DNA of 64,000 nucleotides from a bacterium (GTDB taxonomy: Bacteria > Zhuqueibacterota > Zhuqueibacteria > Residuimicrobiales > Krinioviventaceae), in contig OY843751.1 of assembly GCA_963693055.1 (NCBI GenBank), forward strand, positions 3,488,001 through 3,552,000, in the 5' to 3' direction. The notes below the pieces were generated by a model, which did no database searches, had not been told where the DNA came from, and worked only from the letters and a program-made list of their open reading frames with translations. Below, piece by piece: positions 29,564-39,541 of this stretch (the first letter of the stretch is position 1; every line of letters starts with the position of its first letter). The translations under genes were made by a program, and so were the position numbers.

Positions 29564-30985
29564 TTAATAAATGATATCGTCAGAAACATTCAGTTTTTCT
29601 ACTTGTAATCCTTTTTTATCTTTTTGATAAACAGGCAAAGAGAGTGTAAATGTTGAACCTATTCCTAATTCACTATCAACTACAATGGAACCACCATGTT
29701 TTTTGGCAATTGCCTGACAGATACTGAGACCAAATCCATGACCTTCTGCTTTGTCCGTGAACAGAGGTGTAAAAATCTGACTCAATTTAGATTTTTCAAT
29801 ACCGGGGCCGGTATCTTGAATGCATATATCCACGCAATTCTCTTTTTCGAAATAGCGTGTTTTAAATGTAATATGTGTATCCGGACGGACTTCAATAGCA
29901 TTCTTTGTAATATTGTAAAAGATCTGCTGAATTTGTCCCTTGTCAACATCAATCTCTGGTACTTCCGGATCAAAATCCTGTTCAAAACTGGCACCCGATT
30001 TTTTATAAACCGGACGAATAAATTCCATAAAATCATGAACAAGCTGATTCAGGTTACAAGGCTCAATTTTTGTTTCAAGATGTGAATTGTTCATGAGTCC
30101 CTGAGAGAACCGGGTCATATTATCAAGTTTTTTGGCAACAAATTCCAGGTGTCCTAAAACCTTTTTTGTATCTCCCTCATTTACCAGATAGTGTATAGCC
30201 AGCTCAAGGTTTCCATAAATGATTGATAACAAGTTGTTCAACTCGTGACCAATACGTGCAGCCATCTTGCCACGTGCAGCCATCTTTTCAGCATAAATCA
30301 TACGGTCCTGAGCATTCTCTAGCTGCTCATAAGATACTTTGACCTTTTGGTATAATTGAGCATTGCGTATACCTTCGGCAGCCTGATCAGCAAACAACTG
30401 GAACAATTGTTTCTTGATCTTGGATTTACCAATAAGCGGTTGTGAACTGTCTGCATAGATAACACCTATCAATTCACCATTAATAAACATAGGACAGCAG
30501 ACAATACTGCGCAATTTTAATTGACGCACACTTTGAGTAGGAGAGTAATTTTGATCTGAAAAAACATCTTCAATATAAACAATCTCTTTTTTACGGATAG
30601 TTTCGTGTAAATAGCTGTTACTAATTTTGAATTCACTGTCATTCAAAATCTTTTTATCAGCATCACGACCAATCTTAAATTCCATCTCTCCTTTTGTGTT
30701 TTTCAACACAAGAAATCCTCGCTCCGCATGAATAACTGAAATAGCAGCATCCATAACATGCAGCAGAACTCTTTTTATATCCAAAGAACTGTTCATCAAC
30801 CGGAATGTTTCCAGCAATTTAGAAATAAAATTCCAATCGCCTATGGAACTGTCTTCTTCCTGTGCCTCAATCTCTTCGTCCAGATCCTCAATTTCCTGAT
30901 CAAACTGACTTATCAGATCCATAAAATCATTTTCAGCACCAGCTTCTTCTTTTGGAAACAGTTCCCTATCTTTATCCGTGAACAT
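29564..30985 (-). CDS. Cytoplasmic GAF-domain sensor histidine kinase
   Basis: H-box IGHELNN, N-box NITKNA, G1 DTGPG, F-box, G2 GHGFGL all intact; acidic N-terminus; no TM segment. Confidence 0.92.
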   Translation of the reverse strand: MFTDKDRELFPKEEAGAENDFMDLISQFDQEIEDLDEEIEAQEEDSSIGDWNFISKLLETFRLMNSSLDIKRVLLHVMDAAISVIHAERGFLVLKNTKGEMEFKIGRDADKKILNDSEFKISNSYLHETIRKKEIVYIEDVFSDQNYSPTQSVRQLKLRSIVCCPMFINGELIGVIYADSSQPLIGKSKIKKQLFQLFADQAAEGIRNAQLYQKVKVSYEQLENAQDRMIYAEKMAARGKMAARIGHELNNLLSIIYGNLELAIHYLVNEGDTKKVLGHLEFVAKKLDNMTRFSQGLMNNSHLETKIEPCNLNQLVHDFMEFIRPVYKKSGASFEQDFDPEVPEIDVDKGQIQQIFYNITKNAIEVRPDTHITFKTRYFEKENCVDICIQDTGPGIEKSKLSQIFTPLFTDKAEGHGFGLSICQAIAKKHGGSIVVDSELGIGSTFTLSLPVYQKDKKGLQVEKLNVSDDIIY

Positions 30986-31063
30986 TATAAAGCCTCCTAA
31001 TGCGCTTTACAGCAAAATCATAAAATACAATTGGATAACCTTACGGCTAGCCACTAATTTGAG

Positions 31064-31079
31064 TACAAATATTGTGCCG
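31064..31079 (-). promoter_or_regulatory. Possible sigma54-type promoter for the HK-oppA-kinase unit
   Basis: Minus strand CGGCAC-AATAT-TTGTA; correct spacing, but GT instead of GC at -12. Confidence 0.45.
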
Positions 31080-31233
31080 CAAAGATAGCACAATACTAAA
31101 TCTGTTCTACAAACAAGAATAACTCAAATGTTGAATTCCATACAACATATCAACACCGATATAACAGCCCAACCTATTGTTTTTACGAGCCCTGACGAGC
31201 AAGTTTAGGTCAGACATCACGTACACAGAAAAT

Positions 31234-32040
31234 TTAATATTTAAAAAATCTTTCCTGCAAATATTCTCCAAACAAATTAATTAACAAAACTGTTACAACA
31301 ATGGCCACTCCGGGAAACACACTGATCCACCAACCATCTATTAATACCTGCCGGCCCTCATTAATTATATTACCCCAGCTTGGAGTAGGTGGTTGAACAC
31401 CCAGGCCAACAAAACTCAATGCAGATTCAACAAGAATCACATTTCCAAAAAGCAGTGTTGCTGAAACAGCAACCGGGCCAATTAAATTTGGCAGTAAATG
31501 CTTAAATAACAACCTCATTCTAGAGATGCCTATAACGGTTTCTGCCAGAATAAAATCTTTATGCTTTAAAGCAAGGGTCTGGTTGCGCACCAGTCTTGCA
31601 ATATCCATCCAGCTAAATAGCGCTATTATCAAGACAATCCACAATACTGAACTTTTTCCCAATACAGCGGCAACGGACAAGATCAACAAGAATTGCGGAA
31701 TCGCCATAAACACATTGATCACATTATTCAAGACAAAATCGAACCGATCAAAAAAACCACTTGTCAACCCATAAGGTATTCCAATCAATAGTGACATACC
31801 TACGGATAATAATGCCACCCATAAGGAAATTCTCCCTCCATATAACACTCTTGCCATAACATCTCGACCAAATTTATCAGTACCCATCAGATGTCCCGCA
31901 TTTGGTGCATGATATGAGTGTTCAAGATCATGAGTTACAGGATCGTAATTAATCAACAACGGTCCTGCAATTAAACTGATCAGTAATATCAACAACAAGA
32001 CAAGTGATAACGGAATATTTTTTCCTTTAATCTGCATCAA
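31234..32040 (-). CDS. oppC: Peptide ABC transporter permease
   Basis: HLMGTDKFGRDVMAR..GGRISL; HLLPN; ESALSFVGLG.QPP.PSWG. Confidence 0.9.
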   Translation of the reverse strand: MMQIKGKNIPLSLVLLLILLISLIAGPLLINYDPVTHDLEHSYHAPNAGHLMGTDKFGRDVMARVLYGGRISLWVALLSVGMSLLIGIPYGLTSGFFDRFDFVLNNVINVFMAIPQFLLILSVAAVLGKSSVLWIVLIIALFSWMDIARLVRNQTLALKHKDFILAETVIGISRMRLLFKHLLPNLIGPVAVSATLLFGNVILVESALSFVGLGVQPPTPSWGNIINEGRQVLIDGWWISVFPGVAIVVTVLLINLFGEYLQERFFKY

Positions 32041-33008
32041 ACTCGCCCTGTTTGGATTCTGGGGTCAACCATAGCACTGATCAAATCCGCAATCAACGTA
32101 CCCAGCACAACAAATAATGACATTAAAAATGTACATGCAATGATTACCGGATAATCACGCGCAAAGGCTGAATTGATCATCAAACGGCCCATACCCGGCC
32201 ATGAAAAAACCAGCTCTATAATCACAGAACTGGAAAGCAATGCCGGTATATGCTGCCCGGTAATTGTGATTACAGGTACAAGTGTATTTTTGAGTGCATG
32301 ACGCATAACAATATCTTTATGACCAAAGCCCTGAGCACGGGCAGCCATGATAAAAGTTTGATCCATAATTCCTGCTAGACCATTACGGATATACCTGCTG
32401 GTTATTCCCAAAGAAGCCAAAACCATGGTTGAAACCGGTAACAAAGCATGACAGAGACGATCTCCTAATTGAGACCAGAATGGTAAATCCTGAGCAGCAA
32501 AAGAAATCATTTGTGACGACGGCAGCAAACCGAGTTTTTGTGAAAACAGCATAATCAACAAAATACCAATCCAAAAGGATGGTACCGCATATAATACAAG
32601 TGTCGTTATACTGGTAAGCCGATCGATCCAGCTGTTCATATTTAAAATTTGCGTAACACCCAAAGCAATACCAAAGAGCAATTGAAAAAACAGGGCCGGC
32701 AAAGTCAGAGCCAGTGTATTGGGTACAGTTTCTTTTAATATTGATACAACAGTACGATGATTAGCGTACGAAACACCCAAATCTCCATGAAAAATGCTTG
32801 AAATCCATGCACCAAATTGAACCAGTAACGGCTTGTCTAATCCCCAGGCATTTTCCAGCCTGCTCATTGCATCAACAGATCGGGTAGGATCAAAAGCAAT
32901 AGCAGCAGGATTACCAGGACTGAGACGAACCAGAAAAAAAGTTACAATCACCAATCCTACGACAAGCAAAAGCCCGGATATAATTCGCTTTAGTGCATAC
33001 TTAATCAT
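32037..33008 (-). CDS. oppB: Peptide ABC transporter permease
   Basis: PGNPA, GLDKP...Q, GDLGVS, AARAQG, HALKN, FSWPGMG, RDYP, DPRI. Confidence 0.9.
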   Translation of the reverse strand: MIKYALKRIISGLLLVVGLVIVTFFLVRLSPGNPAAIAFDPTRSVDAMSRLENAWGLDKPLLVQFGAWISSIFHGDLGVSYANHRTVVSILKETVPNTLALTLPALFFQLLFGIALGVTQILNMNSWIDRLTSITTLVLYAVPSFWIGILLIMLFSQKLGLLPSSQMISFAAQDLPFWSQLGDRLCHALLPVSTMVLASLGITSRYIRNGLAGIMDQTFIMAARAQGFGHKDIVMRHALKNTLVPVITITGQHIPALLSSSVIIELVFSWPGMGRLMINSAFARDYPVIIACTFLMSLFVVLGTLIADLISAMVDPRIQTGRV

Positions 33009-33781
33009 AAGTTCCTGTTTAATAATGTATTTTTAACCAACTCTTTTGTAAAAGGCTTGGTCGGATTTCTAAATACCTGGTTAACCGTTCCGGTCTCTAT
33101 CATTTCACCATGATGCATAATACCAATCTTGTCTGCCAGCGCAGGCAACAAGTATAAATTATGGGTCATAAACAAAACACTAAGATTATGCTGGGTTTGC
33201 ATTTGCCTGATGAGGTTAATGATCTCCCATTCGGTTGAAACATCCAGACCGGAGGTAGGCTCATCACAAATTAAAAACTCGGGCTTGCGCATCAATGCAC
33301 GTATAATGCAAACACGCTGCGCTTCCCCCCCGCTCAATTGCCGGGGATAACGATCAAGTATTGAGTCTTTTAGTTTTACTTTTTTTAACCAGTTTAAAAT
33401 ATGTTTCTCATAATCAATAAAATCTATTTCCGGCATTAAAGACAAAGGTTCTCTCAAGAGTTCACGGACTGTCATTTTGGGACTAAGTGAAGCCTTGGGA
33501 TCTTGAAAGATAGCCTGACACTGACCACGATACCAGCCCCTTCTATTTCGGATCACTTCATCCAGCGCTTGATTCTGGTAATAAACTTGGCCAGAATCCG
33601 GAGCAAGCAAGCCCAACAATAACTTGCCGATTGTTGATTTTCCGGAACCCGAAGAACCTATCAAACCAAAAATCTCACCGGATTGAATATCAAAACTGAC
33701 ATTTCGGAGCGCGTTAAAAGATCGCTCTGAACCTACATGATTATTATTAAATTTTTTATTTATTTTTTCCAGTCGTACCAT
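33005..33781 (-). CDS. oppF: Peptide ABC transporter ATPase
   Basis: GSSGSGKST, IFQDP, LSGGEAQR, ICDEPTS. Confidence 0.88.
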   Translation of the reverse strand: MVRLEKINKKFNNNHVGSERSFNALRNVSFDIQSGEIFGLIGSSGSGKSTIGKLLLGLLAPDSGQVYYQNQALDEVIRNRRGWYRGQCQAIFQDPKASLSPKMTVRELLREPLSLMPEIDFIDYEKHILNWLKKVKLKDSILDRYPRQLSGGEAQRVCIIRALMRKPEFLICDEPTSGLDVSTEWEIINLIRQMQTQHNLSVLFMTHNLYLLPALADKIGIMHHGEMIETGTVNQVFRNPTKPFTKELVKNTLLNRNL

Positions 33782-33790
33782 ATCTGATTC

Positions 33791-34582
33791 TTAATTATAA
33801 TATCCGCTTTCAAATTGCTGCATAGACATTTTGAAGCGAGAGACTAACAGTTGAGTATATTTATGGCCGGGATTGCGTATGATTTCCGCGGTCTTGCCGG
33901 ATTCTACAATTGAACCCTTTTGCATTACATAAATATAATCAGAAAAATGTGATGCAATTGCAATATCATGTGTTATTAGCAGCAAGGACTTTTTTTGTTT
34001 TACCAGCCCTGTCAATAAAGACATGATATCATATTTCAATACGGCATCAATTCCAGATGTGGGTTCATCCGCAATGATTAGTTCAGGATTTGCTGCAAGC
34101 GCAATAGCTATCATTACACGCTGACGCATACCTCCACTCAACTGATGGGGATATAATTTACAAACACGTTTACCTCCAAGCCCAACTTGCTCTAACCAAG
34201 AATGGGCAGCGGCTTGGGGATTTTTGACATGATAATATTTTAAAACCTTGACAATTTGCTGACCAATAGTATAAACAGGATTTAACGCCAACAATGGCTC
34301 CTGAAAGATATATCCAAATTGACTACCACGGTATCCTGCATAATCAGGTTCATCTACCGGTAGAACTCTGTCATCATAACAGATTTTTCCGGATTGGAAC
34401 GCACCTTCCTTAAACTGCAACAAGCCCATTATAGCATAACCCAATGTAGATTTCCCACTACCGGATTCACCAACAAGGGCGGTTACACATGCCTTACCAA
34501 TTTCCAAATTTACATGATCAACAACATACTGATCAGAATCTGCATACCATACCGAGAAATCATTTACCTCGAGTAAATTCAA
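33791..34582 (-). CDS. oppD: Peptide ABC transporter ATPase
   Basis: GESGSGKS, IFQEP..ALNP, YPHQLSGGMRQR, IADEPT; TTG start. Confidence 0.88.
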   Translation of the reverse strand: MNLLEVNDFSVWYADSDQYVVDHVNLEIGKACVTALVGESGSGKSTLGYAIMGLLQFKEGAFQSGKICYDDRVLPVDEPDYAGYRGSQFGYIFQEPLLALNPVYTIGQQIVKVLKYYHVKNPQAAAHSWLEQVGLGGKRVCKLYPHQLSGGMRQRVMIAIALAANPELIIADEPTSGIDAVLKYDIMSLLTGLVKQKKSLLLITHDIAIASHFSDYIYVMQKGSIVESGKTAEIIRNPGHKYTQLLVSRFKMSMQQFESGYYN

Positions 34583-34896
34583 TTTGGAAACTCCTAAACT
34601 GTCGAAAAATACGGCACACTCTTCAGACGAAGAACCGAAAAAAGGACATAATTCGCAAAAACATCAATACAAATAGGCAAAAACTACTCACCACACCTAA
34701 ATCTATACAAACATGCTGTATTATGCAAGTACTTTTTTGTATTTTTATGCACCTTTTTCCCGCCTACAAAATCAAATACGCAACTCATTACTATATTTTC
34801 GAAAAAATTATAGCAACTATATATATTGATATATATAGCATTATAATCTAAACAAAAATTATACCGAAAAAAAAGGGAGAATAGAAATTTTGAAGA

Positions 34897-36234
34897 TTAT
34901 TCGTGATTTAATAATTGCTCATTTTCAGCAACAGCGTATGTACAAACAATATCCCCGGTAACATTATTGGCGGTTTCAAACATATCAAGGATTGGATTTA
35001 TCCCCAGAGCTATAGCAACAATAACTGCTGTCTGATCAGCTCCTAATCCCATGGTTTGTAAAATAATAAACAACAACATCAGACTTCCGCCGGGAACACC
35101 ACCTGCCCCAATTGATGCGAGAACAGTCGTCACAACCAACACGAACAAATCTGACAATGTATGAGGTATTCCAAACATATTTGCAGCCAACATGGCAAAC
35201 ATGGGCAGATGTACACAAACACCATCCATGTTTATTGTTGCACCCAGGGGCAGCGAAAAGCTCGCCAGTTCGTTTTTAATTTTCAAATCTTCTTCGGCAA
35301 CCCGAATAGAAACTGGCAAAGTAGCTGCACTACTTCTTGTAATAAATGCAGTGATAATTGCTTCCTGAATACGGCGGAAAACCGGATAAGGATTTTTACG
35401 GGTGACAATTAAAATCAACAGAGCATATACCACAAACATCATGCACAAAATACCAACAACAATACCCACAGTAACCTTGACATACGGGCCAACTATATTG
35501 GGACCATACAGACTGAAATTTACAACCGATAATGCAAAAACACCAATAGGCGAGTACTCTAGAATCCAGTCCACCAATTTAAACATCACATCCCGTACTG
35601 ATGTAAACATGTCGACAAGCGCATTCAATCGACGTTCAAGCTCTTCACTTGGATCAGCCTCCAATGAAACCCTGATACCCAATCCAAACATTATAGAGAA
35701 AACAATAATGGATAAAAAATTACCCTCACTCAATGCCTGAAATGGATTTTGAAACATGCTCAGCAAAATACCGGTAAATCCTTGCGATGTATTGGATCTT
35801 TGTTCAAGTTCTCCAGCCTGACTTGCCAGACTGGAGGCCATTTTTTCCCAACCGCCCAGGTCTGCTCCCCCACCGGGATTAATGACAATAGCCAGCACAA
35901 CCCCAACCAATGCAGCCAAAAGAGAACATAGCAAATACCAGGAAATAACTTTAACACCAATCCTTCCAAAACGTTTGATTGGTAGACTGGCAGCACCCAC
36001 AACAAGAGAAAAGAATATGACAGGTATAACAATCATTTTCAGCATATTTACCAATATCGTTCCAAAGGGTGCAATATAAGTAATAACGCTATCCGTTATA
36101 TTTGAACCACTTGCATTCGTAAAAAACCAAAGTGCAGCTCCAACCAGCGCGCCAAATACAAACCCAACAAATATTCTTAAAACCAACGATGTGTTCAAAT
36201 ATGCACGAATCAGAGTCTTCATTTCGCTTCCCAA
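34897..36234 (-). CDS. Dicarboxylate/amino acid:cation symporter (DAACS; GltP/SstT family)
   Basis: AFITRSSAATLP, LPLGATINMDG, SIGAGGVPGG, DMFETANNVTGD. Confidence 0.92.
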   Translation of the reverse strand: MGSEMKTLIRAYLNTSLVLRIFVGFVFGALVGAALWFFTNASGSNITDSVITYIAPFGTILVNMLKMIVIPVIFFSLVVGAASLPIKRFGRIGVKVISWYLLCSLLAALVGVVLAIVINPGGGADLGGWEKMASSLASQAGELEQRSNTSQGFTGILLSMFQNPFQALSEGNFLSIIVFSIMFGLGIRVSLEADPSEELERRLNALVDMFTSVRDVMFKLVDWILEYSPIGVFALSVVNFSLYGPNIVGPYVKVTVGIVVGILCMMFVVYALLILIVTRKNPYPVFRRIQEAIITAFITRSSAATLPVSIRVAEEDLKIKNELASFSLPLGATINMDGVCVHLPMFAMLAANMFGIPHTLSDLFVLVVTTVLASIGAGGVPGGSLMLLFIILQTMGLGADQTAVIVAIALGINPILDMFETANNVTGDIVCTYAVAENEQLLNHE

Positions 36235-36236
36235 GG

Positions 36237-36881
36237 CTAGAGTGTTATACCTGCAAATAGTTTAGTAAAAAAGCCAACAAAAGGCCAGATTATTCTACCG
36301 AGAATAGATACGTTTGTACTGTGCCCCAGTATAATCAAACCCAAAAGAACCAAAGGGCCGTATCTTTCAAGAGGAATCACCCAATGTTCATATTGACGGG
36401 GCAAGACCCCAAACAAGATTTTTGATCCATCCAGTGGGGCAATGGGTAATATATTAAAGATGGCTAATGCCAGATTGATTTGCAAAGAAAAAAACAACAT
36501 CATGTACACGATGCGTATCCAGGGCACTTGTGCGGCGTCTACACCCAAAGATACCAATACGCGCATTAATAGTCCGCTCAACAATGCAAGCATCATATTA
36601 GAGACAGGGCCCGCCAGGCTGATCCACAGCATATCTCGCTTGGGATTTTGAAGATTCATACCATTAACCGGTACGGGTTTGGCCCAGCCAAAATGTACCA
36701 AAAAAATCATAACCGTTCCCACCAGATCCAAGTGCCTGAGGGGATTCAAAGACAATCGTCCCATTTGCTTGGCTGTATCATCTCCCAATCGGAACGCAGC
36801 AAAAGCATGTGAAAACTCGTGCAAGGTTAATGCAAGTAAAATAGGTGGCGCTATTAATATCAGTGTATTTAGATCCATCAA
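36237..36881 (-). CDS. Site-2 protease (M50 family)
   Basis: HEFSH zinc motif; GWAKPVP; AGPVSN; FNILPIAPLDG. Confidence 0.92.
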   Translation of the reverse strand: MMDLNTLILIAPPILLALTLHEFSHAFAAFRLGDDTAKQMGRLSLNPLRHLDLVGTVMIFLVHFGWAKPVPVNGMNLQNPKRDMLWISLAGPVSNMMLALLSGLLMRVLVSLGVDAAQVPWIRIVYMMLFFSLQINLALAIFNILPIAPLDGSKILFGVLPRQYEHWVIPLERYGPLVLLGLIILGHSTNVSILGRIIWPFVGFFTKLFAGITL

Positions 36882-37033
36882 TAATCCTGTTTATTATCAA
36901 AAAAATTTTTATACATTTGCTAATATACAATATATTTTTGTAACATGTAAAATATTTTAGCGTATACAATTTGTTAATGGTATTTCGGCGCATGATATAC
37001 ACGAACGACCACGCTAACCTGGAGGGTTTTCCC

Positions 37034-39268
37034 TTGAATGCAAAACGCTACCTTTCAATTACCTTTCTATCTATTACTCTCATTTCACTTGAGATCATCT
37101 GGACGCGAATTTTTTCCGCAGAATTCTTTTACACTTTTGCGTTCCTGATTATTTCACTCACTATCCTGGGTATGGGACTGGGATCTCTGACCCTGAGATT
37201 GTTTCAAAAACTGAGTAATGCTGATCGGCTTTGGTTGTACCTTTCATTAACAGGACTTTTTGCCATGACCGGTCCCCCCGCTGCTGTAAAACTGGGGATG
37301 GAATACTCGCAGTTGTTCAGCAATCCACTCATGATTTTAAAATTTGTAGCAACCGTCATCATCCTGGGTCTTCCCTTTTTCTTTGGGGGAATGGTTTTGG
37401 GAGTATTTTTCAAATCCGGCCATAAAGAAATGCCCAAGCTCTATATGGCAGACCTTATCGGGGCCGGGGCCGGTGTTGTCATTTCCGTATTACTCATGAA
37501 TACCGCAGGAACCTTGAATGCTGTCTTTTTAGCAGCTTTACCCGCTCTGCTGGCAGCACTGCTCATGGGTAAAAGATTAAATCGTTTGGTTCCTATAGTG
37601 CTGATCACGTTACCCTTTATTGCGCTGCCCTTTTCATCTCAATTATTAGAGAAACAACGCGAAGAACGGGCCCCCGTAATTTATACTCACTGGGATGCCA
37701 TGGCCAAAATCAAGCTCTATGAATACAGCGAACTGTATCGCGGAATCAACATTGACAATGCGGCCAACAGTCCGGTTTACAAATTTGATGGGGATTGGAA
37801 CAAGCCCGACTCGCTCAAATTTGAATTTGGGATCAGCGTAGAAAACCTGATCAAACGTTTTGACAACTGTACCTTTATGTCACTCGGCGCTGGTGGCGGT
37901 GTAGATGTTGTTCAGGCCCTACAGTATGGAGCAGCAAAAGTACATGCAGTTGAGGTGAATCCGCATATCAATAAATTGTTAAAAACAGGAATGCTGGCTG
38001 ATTATTCGGGACAAATTTACAATGATCCCCGTGTCATAGTTGCGACCGAAGATGCCCGTACCTATGTTCGCCGGCACAAGAATACCTTTGATGTTATTTT
38101 TTCACTCAGTTCCAACACCTTTGCCGCACTGGCATCCGGGTCATTTGCGCTGGCTGAAAACTATCTCTTTACCGTAGAAGCCTTTGAGGATTATTACAAC
38201 GCTCTGTCTGACAGCGGATTTATGATGATGGAACACCAGTTTTACATGCCCCGCATGACAAGTGAAGTGATGCTGGCGTTACAAAACCTGGGTATTAAAA
38301 ATCCTCAAGACTATTTCTGTATTTATGACCTGCCGCAAATGCGACGTAACGTATTACTGTTGAGCAAAAAACCGCTTTCAGAGAATATACGTCAAAACGC
38401 TTTGGGTCCATTGACGGCAGAAAATTATCCATACATCCACCTGTTATATCCTGCACCGGATTCAACAGCAGATAATCTGGTAAACCGGGTTGTACAGGAA
38501 GGATGGAAGTCCGTACAACCGGATGCAAACATAAATCTTTCACCTTGTACAGATAACCGACCCTTTACCGCACAACTGGGTATGTGGAAAAATCTGGACC
38601 ATGAGAATCTGGATACCGTACAGCCCTGGGAGTTTAAAGGCTTTCCTTTGTCTAAAATGCTGATTGTGATCATTCTTGCAGTGATTACTATTCTTGTCAT
38701 CCCCCTGAATCTGTTGCCCTTTATAAAACGCGGCAGCAAAATGGGATTTTCAGGTTGGCTCTACTTTTTTGCCATCGGTGTTGCTTTTATGGTGGTAGAG
38801 ATTGTACTGATACAGCGTTATACTCTGCTCATTGGTCCATCATCCTATACCTTTGTGACCATTCTGTTCACCATCTTGATTGGCTCTGGTATTGGCAGCC
38901 GATACTCGATTAAATTCAACTCTAAAACTCCGTTTATCGCCATTCTGTTGTTAATCGCATTTGAGATTTTAATAGCACCATTCATTACCGGCAATCTTGC
39001 AGGCTTGAGCATGAATGCCAGAATGTTGTTCACAGCAATTCTGATACTTCCCCTCTCCTTTTTTATGGGCATGCCTTTTCCCAAAGGCGGTATCAAAGCC
39101 GGTGAGTCTATTGATTGGGGATTCGCGGTTAATGGCGCGGCATCGGTATTGGGATCAACCGCTATTATGCTGATTTCCTTTAGTTACGGGTTTATTGCGT
39201 CCATGTGCATTGGAGCAGCATTCTATTTACTTGCAATGGGAATGTTGAATCTGAAAAAAGGATGGTAA
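37034..39268 (+). CDS. Polytopic membrane protein with a central SAM-dependent spermidine-synthase-like domain
   Basis: TM bundles at both ends; LGAGGGVDV, VHAVEVNP, EDARTY, ENYLFTVEAF. Start placed at TTG 37034 after GGAGG. Confidence 0.8.
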   Translation: MNAKRYLSITFLSITLISLEIIWTRIFSAEFFYTFAFLIISLTILGMGLGSLTLRLFQKLSNADRLWLYLSLTGLFAMTGPPAAVKLGMEYSQLFSNPLMILKFVATVIILGLPFFFGGMVLGVFFKSGHKEMPKLYMADLIGAGAGVVISVLLMNTAGTLNAVFLAALPALLAALLMGKRLNRLVPIVLITLPFIALPFSSQLLEKQREERAPVIYTHWDAMAKIKLYEYSELYRGINIDNAANSPVYKFDGDWNKPDSLKFEFGISVENLIKRFDNCTFMSLGAGGGVDVVQALQYGAAKVHAVEVNPHINKLLKTGMLADYSGQIYNDPRVIVATEDARTYVRRHKNTFDVIFSLSSNTFAALASGSFALAENYLFTVEAFEDYYNALSDSGFMMMEHQFYMPRMTSEVMLALQNLGIKNPQDYFCIYDLPQMRRNVLLLSKKPLSENIRQNALGPLTAENYPYIHLLYPAPDSTADNLVNRVVQEGWKSVQPDANINLSPCTDNRPFTAQLGMWKNLDHENLDTVQPWEFKGFPLSKMLIVIILAVITILVIPLNLLPFIKRGSKMGFSGWLYFFAIGVAFMVVEIVLIQRYTLLIGPSSYTFVTILFTILIGSGIGSRYSIKFNSKTPFIAILLLIAFEILIAPFITGNLAGLSMNARMLFTAILILPLSFFMGMPFPKGGIKAGESIDWGFAVNGAASVLGSTAIMLISFSYGFIASMCIGAAFYLLAMGMLNLKKGW

Positions 39269-39293
39269 AACGTCAGATGTGAAACGTGATTAT

Positions 39294-39327
39294 ATAAACG
39301 CAGGGCAACGATTTGTTCTGCGTTTAT
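39294..39327 (+). terminator. Long hairpin downstream of the membrane methyltransferase-like gene
   Basis: ataaacgcagggcaa-cgat-ttgttctgcgtttat (15-bp stem including G-U pairs). Confidence 0.6.
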
Positions 39328-39333
39328 CATTTC

Positions 39334-39374
39334 GATGCAGATACCTGCATCACGGAATTTCAATTCGGGACATT
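39334..39374. repeat. Palindrome-containing direct repeat, copy 1
   Basis: gatgcag-atac-ctgcatc-acggaatttcaattcgggacatt; 34/41 identical to 39746-39786 by manual alignment. Confidence 0.75.
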
Positions 39375-39541
39375 CGTTCCGTAAAGCCTGGCCTGTGCAA
39401 ATTTTCCAGTCAAGAAAAGAGAATACAGGAAAAGTGCCCTGAAAATATCCCACCCGTTATAAAGATTCCAGGCGGTCATGTTTCTGTAACTCAAAATTGA
39501 ATAACACTTGAAAATGATCATTAATTTTCGTATACATTAAT

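Noticed and set aside
30986-31233. Dedicated small peptide-pheromone ORF between oppC and the histidine kinase
   Set aside because: I found no convincing RBS-led short ORF with signal-peptide character; the gap is better explained as a promoter region.
36237-36881. Site-2 protease as the Eep-like pheromone-processing enzyme of the Opp/kinase locus
   Set aside because: It is a small PDZ-less M50 type common in housekeeping contexts, coupled to the DAACS gene and separated from oppD by that gene and a 314-bp gap. Nothing beyond proximity supports a link.
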